From assembly GCA_964351935.1 (NCBI GenBank), contig CAYGPX010000001.1, positions 4,877 to 28,876 on the forward strand: DNA of 24,000 nt, in the 5' to 3' direction. Made by a program: the position numbers and the translations under genes. This stretch comes from an uncultured Rickettsiales bacterium (GTDB lineage: Bacteria > Pseudomonadota > Alphaproteobacteria > Rickettsiales > CAYGPX01). The notes beneath the pieces were generated by a model. The model was given only the letters and a program-made list of their open reading frames with translations. It searched no databases and was not told the DNA's origin. This document shows positions 1 to 7,801 of this stretch, in pieces (the first letter of the stretch is position 1; every line of letters starts with the position of its first letter).

Positions 1-2
1 TG

Positions 3-1067
3 CTTTGGTGCGCGATTCCTGCATTTATTACCTACCTTAGCTGGCTTGTTATTAACGGCTCAGTACCCACCACAGCCTCAGTTGGAATTATTATTCTCTC
101 ACTCATTGTGAGTGGCTGGCTTTGCATGCGCTTTCTAAAGCCGTCATTTCGCGCACGTCCACACGTGGAAATGTGGGGTAAAGCACTGTTATTTTTCTGC
201 GCTGCTCTTTCCATTGTTATTACCATCGCCATTGTAGGATCTATCCTATTTGAAGCACTGCGCTTTTTTGATCGCGTTTCAGTTTTTGACTTTATTTTTG
301 GTACGGTTTGGAGCCCACAAACTGCAATGAGAGCGGAACAAGCAGGAAGCTCTGGTTCTTTTGGAGCCGTACCTGTATTTTTAGGCACGTTTATGGTGAC
401 ACTGGTTGCCATTTTGGTGGCAGTGCCACTAGGCATTTACTCTTCCATTTATATCTCAGAATATGCCAGCAAAAAATTCCGTGCTTATGCTAAGCCAGCA
501 TTAGAAATTTTAGCAGGCGTGCCAACGGTAGTGTATGGTTATTTTGCTGCCATTACAGTTGCTCCCTTATTACGCGATTTTGGCACCTCGATCGGATTAG
601 ATATTTCCTCAGAAAGCGCGCTATCAGCAGGGTTTGTAATGGGCATCATGATTATTCCTTTTATTCTTTCTCTTTCAGACGATGTTATTAACGCCGTTCC
701 TCAGCGCTTGCGTGACGGAGCACTAGCACTGGGCGCAACACGCTCAGAAACGATGCGCACCGTCATTTTACCTGCTGCATTGCCAGGCATCATAGGCGCT
801 GTTCTGCTTGCTATTTCCCGCGCCATTGGCGAAACGATGATTGTAGTTATGGCTGCTGGGCTTGCTGCCAACCTTACATTAAATCCTCTGGAATCCGTTA
901 CTACCGTTACCGTGCAAATTGTGACGCTTCTGGTAGGAGATCAGGAATTTGACAGCGCTAAAACACTGGCGGCTTTTGCACTTGGTCTGACGCTGTTTGT
1001 CATTACACTGCTGCTGAATATGTATGCGATAAAAATCGTAAAAAAATATCGGGAAGCATATGACTAA
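3..1067 (+). CDS. pstC: Phosphate ABC transporter permease PstC, long form; 5' end probably cut by the window edge
   Basis: Frame 3 is open from nt 3 with no stop, so the GTG at 108 in the ORF track is probably internal. The upstream translation (LWCAIPAFITYLSWLVINGSV...) is TM-like. The protein is multi-TM with the permease EAA-type motif SRAIGETMIVVMAAG. It overlaps pstA by 8 nt (ATGACTAA) and pstB follows. Confidence 0.9.
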   Translation, partial: LWCAIPAFITYLSWLVINGSVPTTASVGIIILSLIVSGWLCMRFLKPSFRARPHVEMWGKALLFFCAALSIVITIAIVGSILFEALRFFDRVSVFDFIFGTVWSPQTAMRAEQAGSSGSFGAVPVFLGTFMVTLVAILVAVPLGIYSSIYISEYASKKFRAYAKPALEILAGVPTVVYGYFAAITVAPLLRDFGTSIGLDISSESALSAGFVMGIMIIPFILSLSDDVINAVPQRLRDGALALGATRSETMRTVILPAALPGIIGAVLLAISRAIGETMIVVMAAGLAANLTLNPLESVTTVTVQIVTLLVGDQEFDSAKTLAAFALGLTLFVITLLLNMYAIKIVKKYREAYD

Positions 1068-2421
1068 ACGCGCAAAGAAATCTTTTATTAAAAACAGTGC
1101 TCGTGTTGCTATTAATCGCAAGCTCGCAAGACGCTTGCGTAAACGCCGTGAAATTTATAAGCAAATTGAACGAGGTGTTGCAAAACGACAAGCTGCAGAA
1201 AAGCGCTTTAGGTTTTACGGATTAGCAGCCGTCATTATTTCATTTGTTTTTTTGGCTGTGCTACTTAGCTCTATTGTTTCTAAAGGCTATAGTGCTTTTA
1301 TGACCACTGAAATTAAGCTTGAAATTTTACTGGATGAAAGCGAGATTGACCCCAATGGCCTACGCACTTTAGAGCAAATTAATTCTGCCAACTATGGCAC
1401 TATCTTACGCAAAAACTTGCAGGAAAAATTTCCTGAAGCATCATCTCGTAGCGATACAAAAAAATTATTACAGCTCTTAAGTAAGAATGCGAGCTATCGT
1501 TTACAAAAAGCAGTAGCGGCGGATATGTCACTTATTGGTAAGAAGGTTGAATTTTGGTTTCTTGCCTCATCAGATGTTGATATGTTTTATAAAGGCTCTA
1601 TTAATGCGGATGTTCCTGAGCACATGCGCCGCATAAAAGATCAACAGATTGAGTGGCTAAACACCCTTGAATCACAAGGGCAAGTGCGCCGCGTTTTTAA
1701 TACAGAATTTTTCACCTCAGGCGACTCACGCGAGCCAGAGCTGGCAGGTATTCTTGGCGGATTAATTGGCTCAATTTTTGTGATTCTTAGTTGTATGTTA
1801 GCCGCATGTCCTTTGGGGGTTATGACTGGTATCTATCTTGAATGTTTTGCCCGCAAGAACCGCGTCACCGAACTTATCGAAGTAAATATTAACAACCTTG
1901 CGGCTGTTCCTTCTATTGTATTCGGTCTTTTAGGTTTAAGTGTTTATTTGCAGCTGATGCATCTGCCTCGCTCTGCCTCACTTGTTGGCGGTCTAACGCT
2001 CGCTATGCTTGTGTTACCCGTGATTGTGATTACCACACGCACCTCACTCAAAGCCGTTCCTGCTTCTATTGGTGATGCCGCACTGGCACTTGGTGCATCG
2101 CGCATGCAAATGGTGTTTCATCATTTATTGCCGCTCGCCGTGCCCGGTATTATGACTGGTATTATTTTAGGTATTGCACGCGCACTTGGTGAAACAGCAC
2201 CATTGCTGATGATTGGTATGGTTGCGTTTGTGGTGGACATCCCTAACAGTTGGTTTGATGCTGCTACCGCACTGCCCGTGCAGGTGTATTTATGGTCTGA
2301 TAGTCCTGAGCTTGGCTTCGTAGAAAAAACTTCCGCAGCCATTATGGTGTTGCTGGTTTTATTAATACTGCTCAATGCGGTGGCAGTGTGGATTCGTCGC
2401 AAATATGAGAGAAAATGGTAG
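1060..2421 (+). CDS. pstA: Phosphate ABC transporter permease PstA, long form (453 aa) with a large loop after TM1
   Basis: Basic N-terminus, then TM1 ([22 protein letters not shown]), a loop of about 170 aa, then a TM bundle carrying [14 protein letters not shown]. It sits between pstC and pstB and overlaps pstC. Confidence 0.9.
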   Translation: MTKRAKKSFIKNSARVAINRKLARRLRKRREIYKQIERGVAKRQAAEKRFRFYGLAAVIISFVFLAVLLSSIVSKGYSAFMTTEIKLEILLDESEIDPNGLRTLEQINSANYGTILRKNLQEKFPEASSRSDTKKLLQLLSKNASYRLQKAVAADMSLIGKKVEFWFLASSDVDMFYKGSINADVPEHMRRIKDQQIEWLNTLESQGQVRRVFNTEFFTSGDSREPELAGILGGLIGSIFVILSCMLAACPLGVMTGIYLECFARKNRVTELIEVNINNLAAVPSIVFGLLGLSVYLQLMHLPRSASLVGGLTLAMLVLPVIVITTRTSLKAVPASIGDAALALGASRMQMVFHHLLPLAVPGIMTGIILGIARALGETAPLLMIGMVAFVVDIPNSWFDAATALPVQVYLWSDSPELGFVEKTSAAIMVLLVLLILLNAVAVWIRRKYERKW

Positions 2422-2428
2422 TCGAAAA

Positions 2429-3217
2429 ATGACAAAAAAAGATTCCGCCCAGAAAGATGTTGCTCTTCGCATGGAAGCGAGTGACTTAAACGTGTTTTAT
2501 GCAAAGAAGCAGGCACTTTTTGGCATAAGCATGGGTATTAGAAAAAATCAAGTGACAGCACTTATTGGCCCATCAGGCTGTGGAAAGTCGACCTTTTTGC
2601 GTTGTTTGAATCGCATGAACGACACCGTGGATGGCTGCCGCATTTCAGGAAAAGTGCTCTTAGATGGCAACAACATCTATGACAAACGCGTTGATCCGGT
2701 AGTGCTACGTTCTAAGGTAGGCATGGTCTTCCAAAAGCCTAATCCTTTTCCTAAATCTATTTATGACAACGTGGCCTATGGTCCACGCATTCATGGGCTT
2801 ACTACCCATAAAGAAGAGCTCGATGCGTTGGTTGAAAAAAGCCTTTCACGCGCTGGTCTTTGGAAAGAAGTAAAAGATCGCCTAAGTGAATCAGGCACTG
2901 GCCTTTCAGGCGGTCAGCAGCAGCGCCTTTGTATTGCACGTGCCATTGCTGTAAAGCCGGAGGTAATTTTAATGGACGAGCCTTGCTCAGCGCTTGATCC
3001 GATTGCTACGGCTATTATTGAAGAACTTATTAGCGAGCTTAAACAAAAGTTTACGATTGCAATGGTTACTCACTCGATGCAACAAGCACGCCGTGTTTCT
3101 GATTTCACAGGTTTTTTCCATATGGGCAACCTCGAAGAGTTTGGATCTACCGAGCAAATTTTTGAATCACCATCTAAAAAGAAAACGAAAGATTATATCG
3201 CAGGAAAGTTTGGCTAG
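2429..3217 (+). CDS. pstB: Phosphate ABC transporter ATP-binding protein PstB
   Basis: Walker [10 protein letters not shown], signature [14 protein letters not shown], Walker [13 protein letters not shown]-loop VTHSM. I chose the ATG at 2429 (MTKKDSAQ..., 262 aa), just after the pstA stop at 2419-2421. In-frame ATGs at 2375 and 2405 lie inside pstA and are alternatives. Confidence 0.9.
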   Translation: MTKKDSAQKDVALRMEASDLNVFYAKKQALFGISMGIRKNQVTALIGPSGCGKSTFLRCLNRMNDTVDGCRISGKVLLDGNNIYDKRVDPVVLRSKVGMVFQKPNPFPKSIYDNVAYGPRIHGLTTHKEELDALVEKSLSRAGLWKEVKDRLSESGTGLSGGQQQRLCIARAIAVKPEVILMDEPCSALDPIATAIIEELISELKQKFTIAMVTHSMQQARRVSDFTGFFHMGNLEEFGSTEQIFESPSKKKTKDYIAGKFG

Positions 3218-3285
3218 AAAACCTCCCTTTGGGGGAAAATACGACGACTCATTTCCTTTATTCAGCATCCATCCACCAGCTTATC

Positions 3286-3299
3286 CACAATATATTGTG
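3286..3299. promoter_or_regulatory. NrdR-box-like perfect 14-bp palindrome (cacaatatattgtg), distal
   Basis: The sequence is its own reverse complement and matches the published NrdR box consensus (acaCwAtATaTwGtgt). It lies about 70 bp after the pstB stop and about 360 bp before the nrdA ATG. Confidence 0.5.
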
Positions 3300-3474
3300 A
3301 AATAATCTATAAAAACTATTCCATTTACTAAAAGCTTCATGTTAGAATCATTTTTAGGGAATATAAGGCTTTCTGCCTTAGGAATTGCAATGTTTTCAAA
3401 AACTGATTTATTTTCGCATAACGTATCTGCGAAAACCTGACACCATCTCCAAGTAGGACTAAACACAAGGGAAA

Positions 3475-3488
3475 CACTATATATAGTG
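3475..3488. promoter_or_regulatory. NrdR box, perfect 14-bp palindrome (cactatatatagtg)
   Basis: Self-complementary, fits the NrdR consensus, and lies upstream of nrdAB. It contains TATATA/TATAGT -10-like hexamers, and a weak -35-like agGACt lies 17 nt upstream. Confidence 0.65.
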
Positions 3489-3506
3489 GGTCAAGCGATA
3501 TTTTGT

Positions 3507-3520
3507 CTCTATATGTATAT
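3507..3520. promoter_or_regulatory. Degenerate partner NrdR box (ctctatatgtatat)
   Basis: 9/14 identity to the box at 3475-3488. The centre-to-centre distance is 32 bp, the spacing typical of tandem NrdR boxes. Confidence 0.35.
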
Positions 3521-3575
3521 TTTTTTGTAGACAGGGTCTGCTCGTTAATGGTAAATGTGGTGTATAGCTAAAAAA

Positions 3576-3589
3576 CACAACAGGTAGTT
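3576..3589. promoter_or_regulatory. Degenerate partner NrdR box (cacaacaggtagtt)
   Basis: 9/14 identity to cactatatatagtg. Its centre lies 31 bp upstream of the centre of the proximal box at 3608-3619. Confidence 0.3.
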
Positions 3590-3607
3590 ACCGGAAACAT
3601 TTTTTTA

Positions 3608-3619
3608 ACTATATATAGT
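3608..3619. promoter_or_regulatory. NrdR box, proximal, perfect 12-bp palindrome core (actatatatagt)
   Basis: Self-complementary core identical to the inner 12 bp of the box at 3475-3488. It lies 37 bp upstream of the nrdA ATG. Confidence 0.6.
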
Positions 3620-3655
3620 AAGCGACCGTAGCTAAGGTAAATAAGGAAAAAAGCC

Positions 3656-5467
3656 ATGAATAATGTAAAAACAGATATCTCCCGCGATGCGAATCTTACA
3701 GAATTTGGAAAAGCCGTCCTGACAGATCGTTATCTTTTAGAGGGAGAAACATATCAAAGCTTATTTGCGCGCGTTTCTTCTTTTTATGGCGATGACGATG
3801 CACATGCGCAGCGTCTTTATGATTATATGACCAGCTTATGGTTCATGCCTGCTACTCCTATTCTGAGTAATGGTGGTACGAAGCGTGGCTTGCCTATTTC
3901 TTGTTTTTTAAACGAAACCGAAGATAGCCTAACGGGTATTGTTGACCTCTGGAACGAAAATGTGTGGCTGGCCGCACGTGGTGGTGGCATTGGCAGCTAC
4001 TGGGGTAATTTACGTGCGATTGGCGAAACAGTGCGCGGCAACGGCAAAACATCAGGTGTAGTGCCTTTCATTCGTGTACAAGATTCACTAACCTTGGCTA
4101 TATCGCAAGGTTCGCTACGTCGAGGAAGCTCTGCAGTTTACTTACCAATCTGGCACCCTGAAATTGAAGAATTCATTGATATTCGCCGCCCAACTGGGGG
4201 AGACCCTAACCGTAAAGCGCTTAATATTCACCATGGTGTTGCCATTACAGATGACTTCATGAGAGCCGTGGAAAATGACGATATTTGGGAACTGCGTAGC
4301 CCGAAAGATAAATCGGTTGTATCGATTATGAAGGCACGCGATTTGTGGGTTAAGTTGCTCACCGCACGAATTGAAACCGGTGAGCCTTACCTGCTATTTA
4401 CAGACAATGTTAATAAAGCACTACCTGAAAGCTATAAACAGCTTGGACTAGAGGTAAAAACCTCGAACCTTTGCAGTGAAATTACATTAGCAACGGGTAC
4501 TGACCACCTTGGTAATTCGCGTACTGCGGTATGCTGTCTCTCTTCGCTGAACCTTGAAACCTACGATGAGTGGAAAGACAACCCGCAATTTATCGAAGAT
4601 ATCATGCGTTTTCTAGATAACGTGCTGCAGGATTTTATTGATACAGCTCCGCCATCGATGGCGCGTGCTAGCTACTCTGCAATGCGTGAACGTAGCGTTG
4701 GGCTTGGTGTGATGGGCTATCACTCATTCTTACAAGCAAAAAGCATCCCGATGGAATCGGTAATGGCAAAAGTATGGAATAAAAAGATTTTTGAACATAT
4801 TCGTACCAAAGCCGATGAAGCTTCCGTCACACTCGCAAAAGAGCGTGGCGCGTGCCCTGATATGGAAGAAATTGGCATGATGGAACGCTTTACTCATAAG
4901 CTTTCTGTTGCACCTACTGCTTCTATTTCTATTATTTGTGGTAACTCGTCACCGGGTGTTGAGCCATATGCAGCAAACAGCTTTACTCAAAAAACACTGA
5001 CAGGTTCGTTTGTGGTGCGCAACAAAAACTTAACAAAGCTGCTGGATGAAAAAGGCGAAAACAATGATGAAACTTGGTCATCTATTGCAACGCATGAAGG
5101 TTCAGTACAGCAGCTTGACTTCCTTACACAAGAGGAAAAAGATGTCTACAAAACCGCGTATGAAATTGACCAACGCTGGATTATAGAGCATGCTGCCGAC
5201 CGCGCTCCTTTTGTGTGTCAGGCACAGTCAGTGAATGTCTTTGTACCAGGAGATGTGCATAAATCTTACCTGCATAACATTCACTATATGGCATGGAAAA
5301 AAGGCGTGAAGAGTCTTTACTACTGCCGCTCAACCTCTATTCAGCGTGCAGAAAAAGTTTCGCACAAAGTACCTGATGCAACACAGCTTAGCCTTAACCT
5401 TGAGCCAGCTGAGCGCCAATCGCTTTATGCAAACACTAAATATGAAGAGTGCTTATCCTGTCAGTAA
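3656..5467 (+). CDS. nrdA: Ribonucleoside-diphosphate reductase alpha subunit, class I, short form without an N-terminal ATP-cone (603 aa)
   Basis: Active-site motifs LPISCFL, SNLCSEI and AVCCLSSLN; radical-transfer tyrosines in SLYYCRS; C-terminal redox pair CLSCQ. The N-terminus starts directly with the RNR N-domain (LTDRYLLEGE), with no VxKRDG-type ATP-cone. SD aagga lies 9 nt upstream. Confidence 0.93.
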   Translation: MNNVKTDISRDANLTEFGKAVLTDRYLLEGETYQSLFARVSSFYGDDDAHAQRLYDYMTSLWFMPATPILSNGGTKRGLPISCFLNETEDSLTGIVDLWNENVWLAARGGGIGSYWGNLRAIGETVRGNGKTSGVVPFIRVQDSLTLAISQGSLRRGSSAVYLPIWHPEIEEFIDIRRPTGGDPNRKALNIHHGVAITDDFMRAVENDDIWELRSPKDKSVVSIMKARDLWVKLLTARIETGEPYLLFTDNVNKALPESYKQLGLEVKTSNLCSEITLATGTDHLGNSRTAVCCLSSLNLETYDEWKDNPQFIEDIMRFLDNVLQDFIDTAPPSMARASYSAMRERSVGLGVMGYHSFLQAKSIPMESVMAKVWNKKIFEHIRTKADEASVTLAKERGACPDMEEIGMMERFTHKLSVAPTASISIICGNSSPGVEPYAANSFTQKTLTGSFVVRNKNLTKLLDEKGENNDETWSSIATHEGSVQQLDFLTQEEKDVYKTAYEIDQRWIIEHAADRAPFVCQAQSVNVFVPGDVHKSYLHNIHYMAWKKGVKSLYYCRSTSIQRAEKVSHKVPDATQLSLNLEPAERQSLYANTKYEECLSCQ

Positions 5468-5477
5468 TGAGGTTCTC

Positions 5478-5506
5478 GTGCCTAGCTCTTTAAAGAAACT
5501 AGGCAC
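5478..5506 (+). other. Intercistronic stem-loop between nrdA and nrdB (8-bp stem gtgcctag/ctaggcac, 13-nt loop), no T-tract
   Basis: A perfect inverted repeat is visible in the sequence. It lies 11 nt after the nrdA stop. No U-run follows, so it is probably not a full terminator. Confidence 0.3.
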
Positions 5507-5546
5507 TTAAGACACCCTAAGAAATGAATATGAAGGAATACATACG

Positions 5547-6554
5547 ATGTCATTATTAAACGCAAAACCAATCTACAAACCTTTTTCTTACCCATGGGCG
5601 TATGAAGCATGGCACACACAACAGAAAATTCACTGGCTACCAGAAGAAGTACCGTTGGCAGATGATGTAAAAGATTGGAAACAAAATCTTAGTAATGACG
5701 AGCGCTTACTTCTAACCCAAGTGTTTCGTTTCTTTACTCAAGCGGATATTGAAGTGAATAACTGCTATATGAAGCATTATTCGCAAATTTTCCAGCCGAC
5801 AGAAGTACAGATGATGCTTTCTGCTTTCTCTAATATGGAAACAGTGCATATTGCGGCTTATTCACACCTTCTTGATACTATCGGTATGCCTGAAATTGAA
5901 TATACCGCCTTTATGAAATATAAAGAAATGAAGGATAAATATGATTACATGCAGCAATTTGGCGTGAGCACTAAGCGTGACATTGCTAAAACACTTGCGG
6001 TGTTTGGCGCGTTTACTGAAGGCTTACAGCTTTTTGCAAGTTTTGCTATTTTGCTAAACTTCCCGCGTTTCAATAAAATGAAAGGCATGGGACAAATTGT
6101 AACATGGTCGGTGCGTGATGAATCACTCCACACCAATTCTATTATCCGTTTGTTCCGTACGTTCTGCTCTGAAAACCCAGAAGTATTTGATGAAGAATTA
6201 AAGCGTGATCTTTATGTAGCATGCGATACAATCGTTAGCCACGAAGATTCATTTATTGATTTAGCATTTGGTCTTGGTGAAAGTGACATTCAAGGTCTAA
6301 CATCGGGTGAAGTAAAACAATATATTCGCTATATTGGTGACCGTCGTTTATCACAGCTTGGCTTGCAGCCAATGTATCATATTGAAAAGAATCCTTTGCC
6401 ATGGTTGGATGAAATTCTCAATGGTGTAGAGCACGCAAACTTCTTTGAAAACCGCGTGACCGAATATACTAAAGCAGCAACCCAAGGATCTTGGGAAGAG
6501 GCATTTGCCGATATGAATGCAGAGTTTGATAAAGATCCTACTAAAATAGTATAA
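5547..6554 (+). CDS. nrdB: Ribonucleoside-diphosphate reductase beta subunit (di-iron, tyrosyl radical)
   Basis: Metal ligands and radical Tyr: QADIEV (D), NMETVHIAAYSHL (E-x-x-H-x-x-x-Y), FTEGLQLFASF (E), VRDESLHTN (E-x-x-H). A C-terminal-tail Tyr is present in RVTEYTKA. SD gaagga is upstream. Confidence 0.93.
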   Translation: MSLLNAKPIYKPFSYPWAYEAWHTQQKIHWLPEEVPLADDVKDWKQNLSNDERLLLTQVFRFFTQADIEVNNCYMKHYSQIFQPTEVQMMLSAFSNMETVHIAAYSHLLDTIGMPEIEYTAFMKYKEMKDKYDYMQQFGVSTKRDIAKTLAVFGAFTEGLQLFASFAILLNFPRFNKMKGMGQIVTWSVRDESLHTNSIIRLFRTFCSENPEVFDEELKRDLYVACDTIVSHEDSFIDLAFGLGESDIQGLTSGEVKQYIRYIGDRRLSQLGLQPMYHIEKNPLPWLDEILNGVEHANFFENRVTEYTKAATQGSWEEAFADMNAEFDKDPTKIV

Positions 6555-6577
6555 CGATTTCTCCTACTAGATAAAAA

Positions 6578-6606
6578 GGCGAGCACTTAAAATGCTCGCC
6601 TTTTTT
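6578..6606 (+). terminator. Rho-independent terminator of nrdAB
   Basis: Stem ggcgagca / tgctcgcc, 7-nt loop, then TTTTTT (6601-6606). It lies 24 nt after the nrdB stop. Confidence 0.85.
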
Positions 6607-6666
6607 GATGCAGATATTATGCTACATAACACAGCTAGATTTTAGGCATAATAAGGATAAAATAAT

Positions 6667-6921
6667 ATGGAAGATATTATAGGAAGCGTTGCTGCATTTT
6701 TAACAACAGTAAGCTTTATTCCTCAAGCAATTAAAACTGTGCGCACCAAACAGACGCGCGCACTTTCCCTTAAAATGTATGTCATGCTCAATGCTGGCAT
6801 TTTTTGTTGGCTATTATATGGCCTTATGCTGATGAGCTATCCTCTCATTATTGCCAATGGTGTGAGCCTTGCTTTCACACTTATTATTTTATTCTATAAG
6901 CTTAATGAGAAAAAAACATAA
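6667..6921 (+). CDS. SemiSWEET / PQ-loop family small membrane transporter (84 aa, 3 TM)
   Basis: Size and three predicted TM helices fit the family, with the PQ motif in TM1 (VSFIPQAIKTVRTKQT) typical of bacterial SemiSWEET/MtN3 repeats. SD aagga is upstream. Confidence 0.75.
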   Translation: MEDIIGSVAAFLTTVSFIPQAIKTVRTKQTRALSLKMYVMLNAGIFCWLLYGLMLMSYPLIIANGVSLAFTLIILFYKLNEKKT

Positions 6922-6925
6922 AGCA

Positions 6926-6951
6926 GGTGGCTAAGCTTTCACTCAGCCACC
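6926..6951 (-). terminator. Hairpin between convergent SemiSWEET and ahpD; likely terminator of the ahpC operon
   Basis: Stem ggtggct(aag)/(ctc)agccacc with one mismatch. On the minus strand it is followed by tgctttatgttttttt. No T-run follows on the plus strand. Confidence 0.45.
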
Positions 6952-6975
6952 CACTTCCCCGTCGAACAAGAAAGC

Positions 6976-7503
6976 TTATGCTAACACCATCGCCTGTGCA
7001 GTAGCATTTATGACCGATGCAATACGTATAGTTGATTGCACACCTTGTTTTCCAACACCTGCTTTTGTTACTTCATGAACGTGCGCATCCATGCACATAC
7101 CACAGCCATTGATCGCTGAGACTGCCAAACTCATGAGTTCAAAATCAACTTTCTCAACGCCTGAGTTTCCGATAATATTCATACGTAAATCAGCTGGCAA
7201 TTTTCCGTAGTCTTTATCACTCACCAGATGCACAAAGCGATAATAAATATTATTCATAGCCATAATGGTGGCTGCCGCTTTTGCGGCATGAACGTAATTA
7301 TCGCCAAGATCTGAAAGCACATCTTCCTCTATGTGACGGATGAGCGATTCGTGCTTTGTTGCATAGGCAGATGCTAACGCAATTGCTTTTATTTGCACTG
7401 ATGAAAGACCGGGCGCACCCTCCTCTTCTAATACTCTACCTAAATTTAGCTTAATATCCTTGGCGTACTCACCAAGGTTAGCGCGTAATTCTTTTACAGA
7501 CAT
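6976..7503 (-). CDS. ahpD: Alkyl hydroperoxide reductase AhpD (carboxymuconolactone decarboxylase family)
   Basis: Catalytic CxxC-H motif GCGMCMDAH, about 175 aa, located downstream of ahpC. SD aaggaa is upstream. Confidence 0.9.
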   Translation of the reverse strand: MSVKELRANLGEYAKDIKLNLGRVLEEEGAPGLSSVQIKAIALASAYATKHESLIRHIEEDVLSDLGDNYVHAAKAAATIMAMNNIYYRFVHLVSDKDYGKLPADLRMNIIGNSGVEKVDFELMSLAVSAINGCGMCMDAHVHEVTKAGVGKQGVQSTIRIASVINATAQAMVLA

Positions 7504-7520
7504 AAGAGATATTCCTTATT

Positions 7521-7751
7521 TTAATGGTTTTTCAACAACCTTGTATGAGAATGAGCATGAAACGAGCGTACTTTGGTTTTATCTTTTTCCCATAGCCAAT
7601 CATGCACGGCAAACACACCAGTTTGTACAATCGGCTCAATCAGCCCAATGCCGATTGCAGTCAATAAGTCACCGGTTAAAGCGTAGGCTACCATGGTGGC
7701 AACAACAATATGCGTTGCACCGTAACTCAAAGTTTTTAAAAGCAGCTTCAT
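7521..7751 (-). CDS. DUF2061-family small membrane protein (76 aa) located between ahpC and ahpD
   Basis: The pattern KTLSYxxxH...Y.LTG....A..IGL.EP......F..H..LW resembles DUF2061, with 2 predicted TM helices. I chose the ATG at 7751 because a perfect SD (aaaaaGGAGGatgccATG) lies 6 nt upstream. The longer track ORF (start 7799) lacks an SD. Confidence 0.7.
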   Translation of the reverse strand: MKLLLKTLSYGATHIVVATMVAYALTGDLLTAIGIGLIEPIVQTGVFAVHDWLWEKDKTKVRSFHAHSHTRLLKNH

Positions 7752-7767
7752 GGCATCCTCCTTTTTC

Positions 7768-7793
7768 GGGGAGGCAGCGAGCACCACCTCCCC
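7768..7793 (-). other. GC-rich intercistronic stem-loop immediately after ahpC (ggggagg / cctcccc, 12-nt loop)
   Basis: A perfect 7-bp G/C stem. On the minus strand it is followed by gaaaaagg rather than a U-tract, so it is not a canonical terminator. It sits 8 nt after the ahpC stop and just before the DUF2061 SD. Confidence 0.4.
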
Positions 7794-7801
7794 ACCCAAA
7801 T

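Noticed and set aside
32-436. 134-aa minus-strand ORF
   Set aside because: It is fully antisense to the well-supported pstC coding frame, has no SD and no recognisable motif. This is the typical shadow ORF of a membrane-protein gene.
2375-2428. Longer pstB start (ATG 2375 or 2405)
   Set aside because: It would overlap pstA by 17-47 nt and add a non-conserved N-terminus ([10 protein letters not shown]...). The ATG at 2429, just after the pstA stop, gives a typical PstB length. This is not excluded, only less likely.
3223-3235. Possible terminator hairpin right after pstB (ctccc ttt ggggg)
   Set aside because: It has only 5 bp including a G-U pair, a 3-nt loop, and A-rich rather than U-rich 3' flanking sequence. 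It is not a convincing intrinsic terminator.
2994-3305. 103-aa plus-strand ORF overlapping the 3' end of pstB
   Set aside because: It is out of frame with the strongly supported pstB NBD, and its sequence is low-complexity and basic. Probably spurious.
3281-3466. 61-aa minus-strand ORF, and a 33-aa plus-strand ORF (3339-3440), in the nrd leader
   Set aside because: Neither has an SD, the region is AT-rich and non-coding-like, and I recognise no family. They are more likely chance ORFs in a regulatory spacer.
3218-3655. Cobalamin or other riboswitch upstream of nrdA
   Set aside because: I could find no B12-box-like element or conserved riboswitch core. Only short local hairpins are present (for example the imperfect 3550-3592). 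The NrdR boxes explain the region better.
7752-7799. N-terminal extension of the DUF2061 ORF (92-aa version)
   Set aside because: The extension runs through the GC-rich stem-loop and lacks an SD. The internal ATG at 7751 has a perfect GGAGG.
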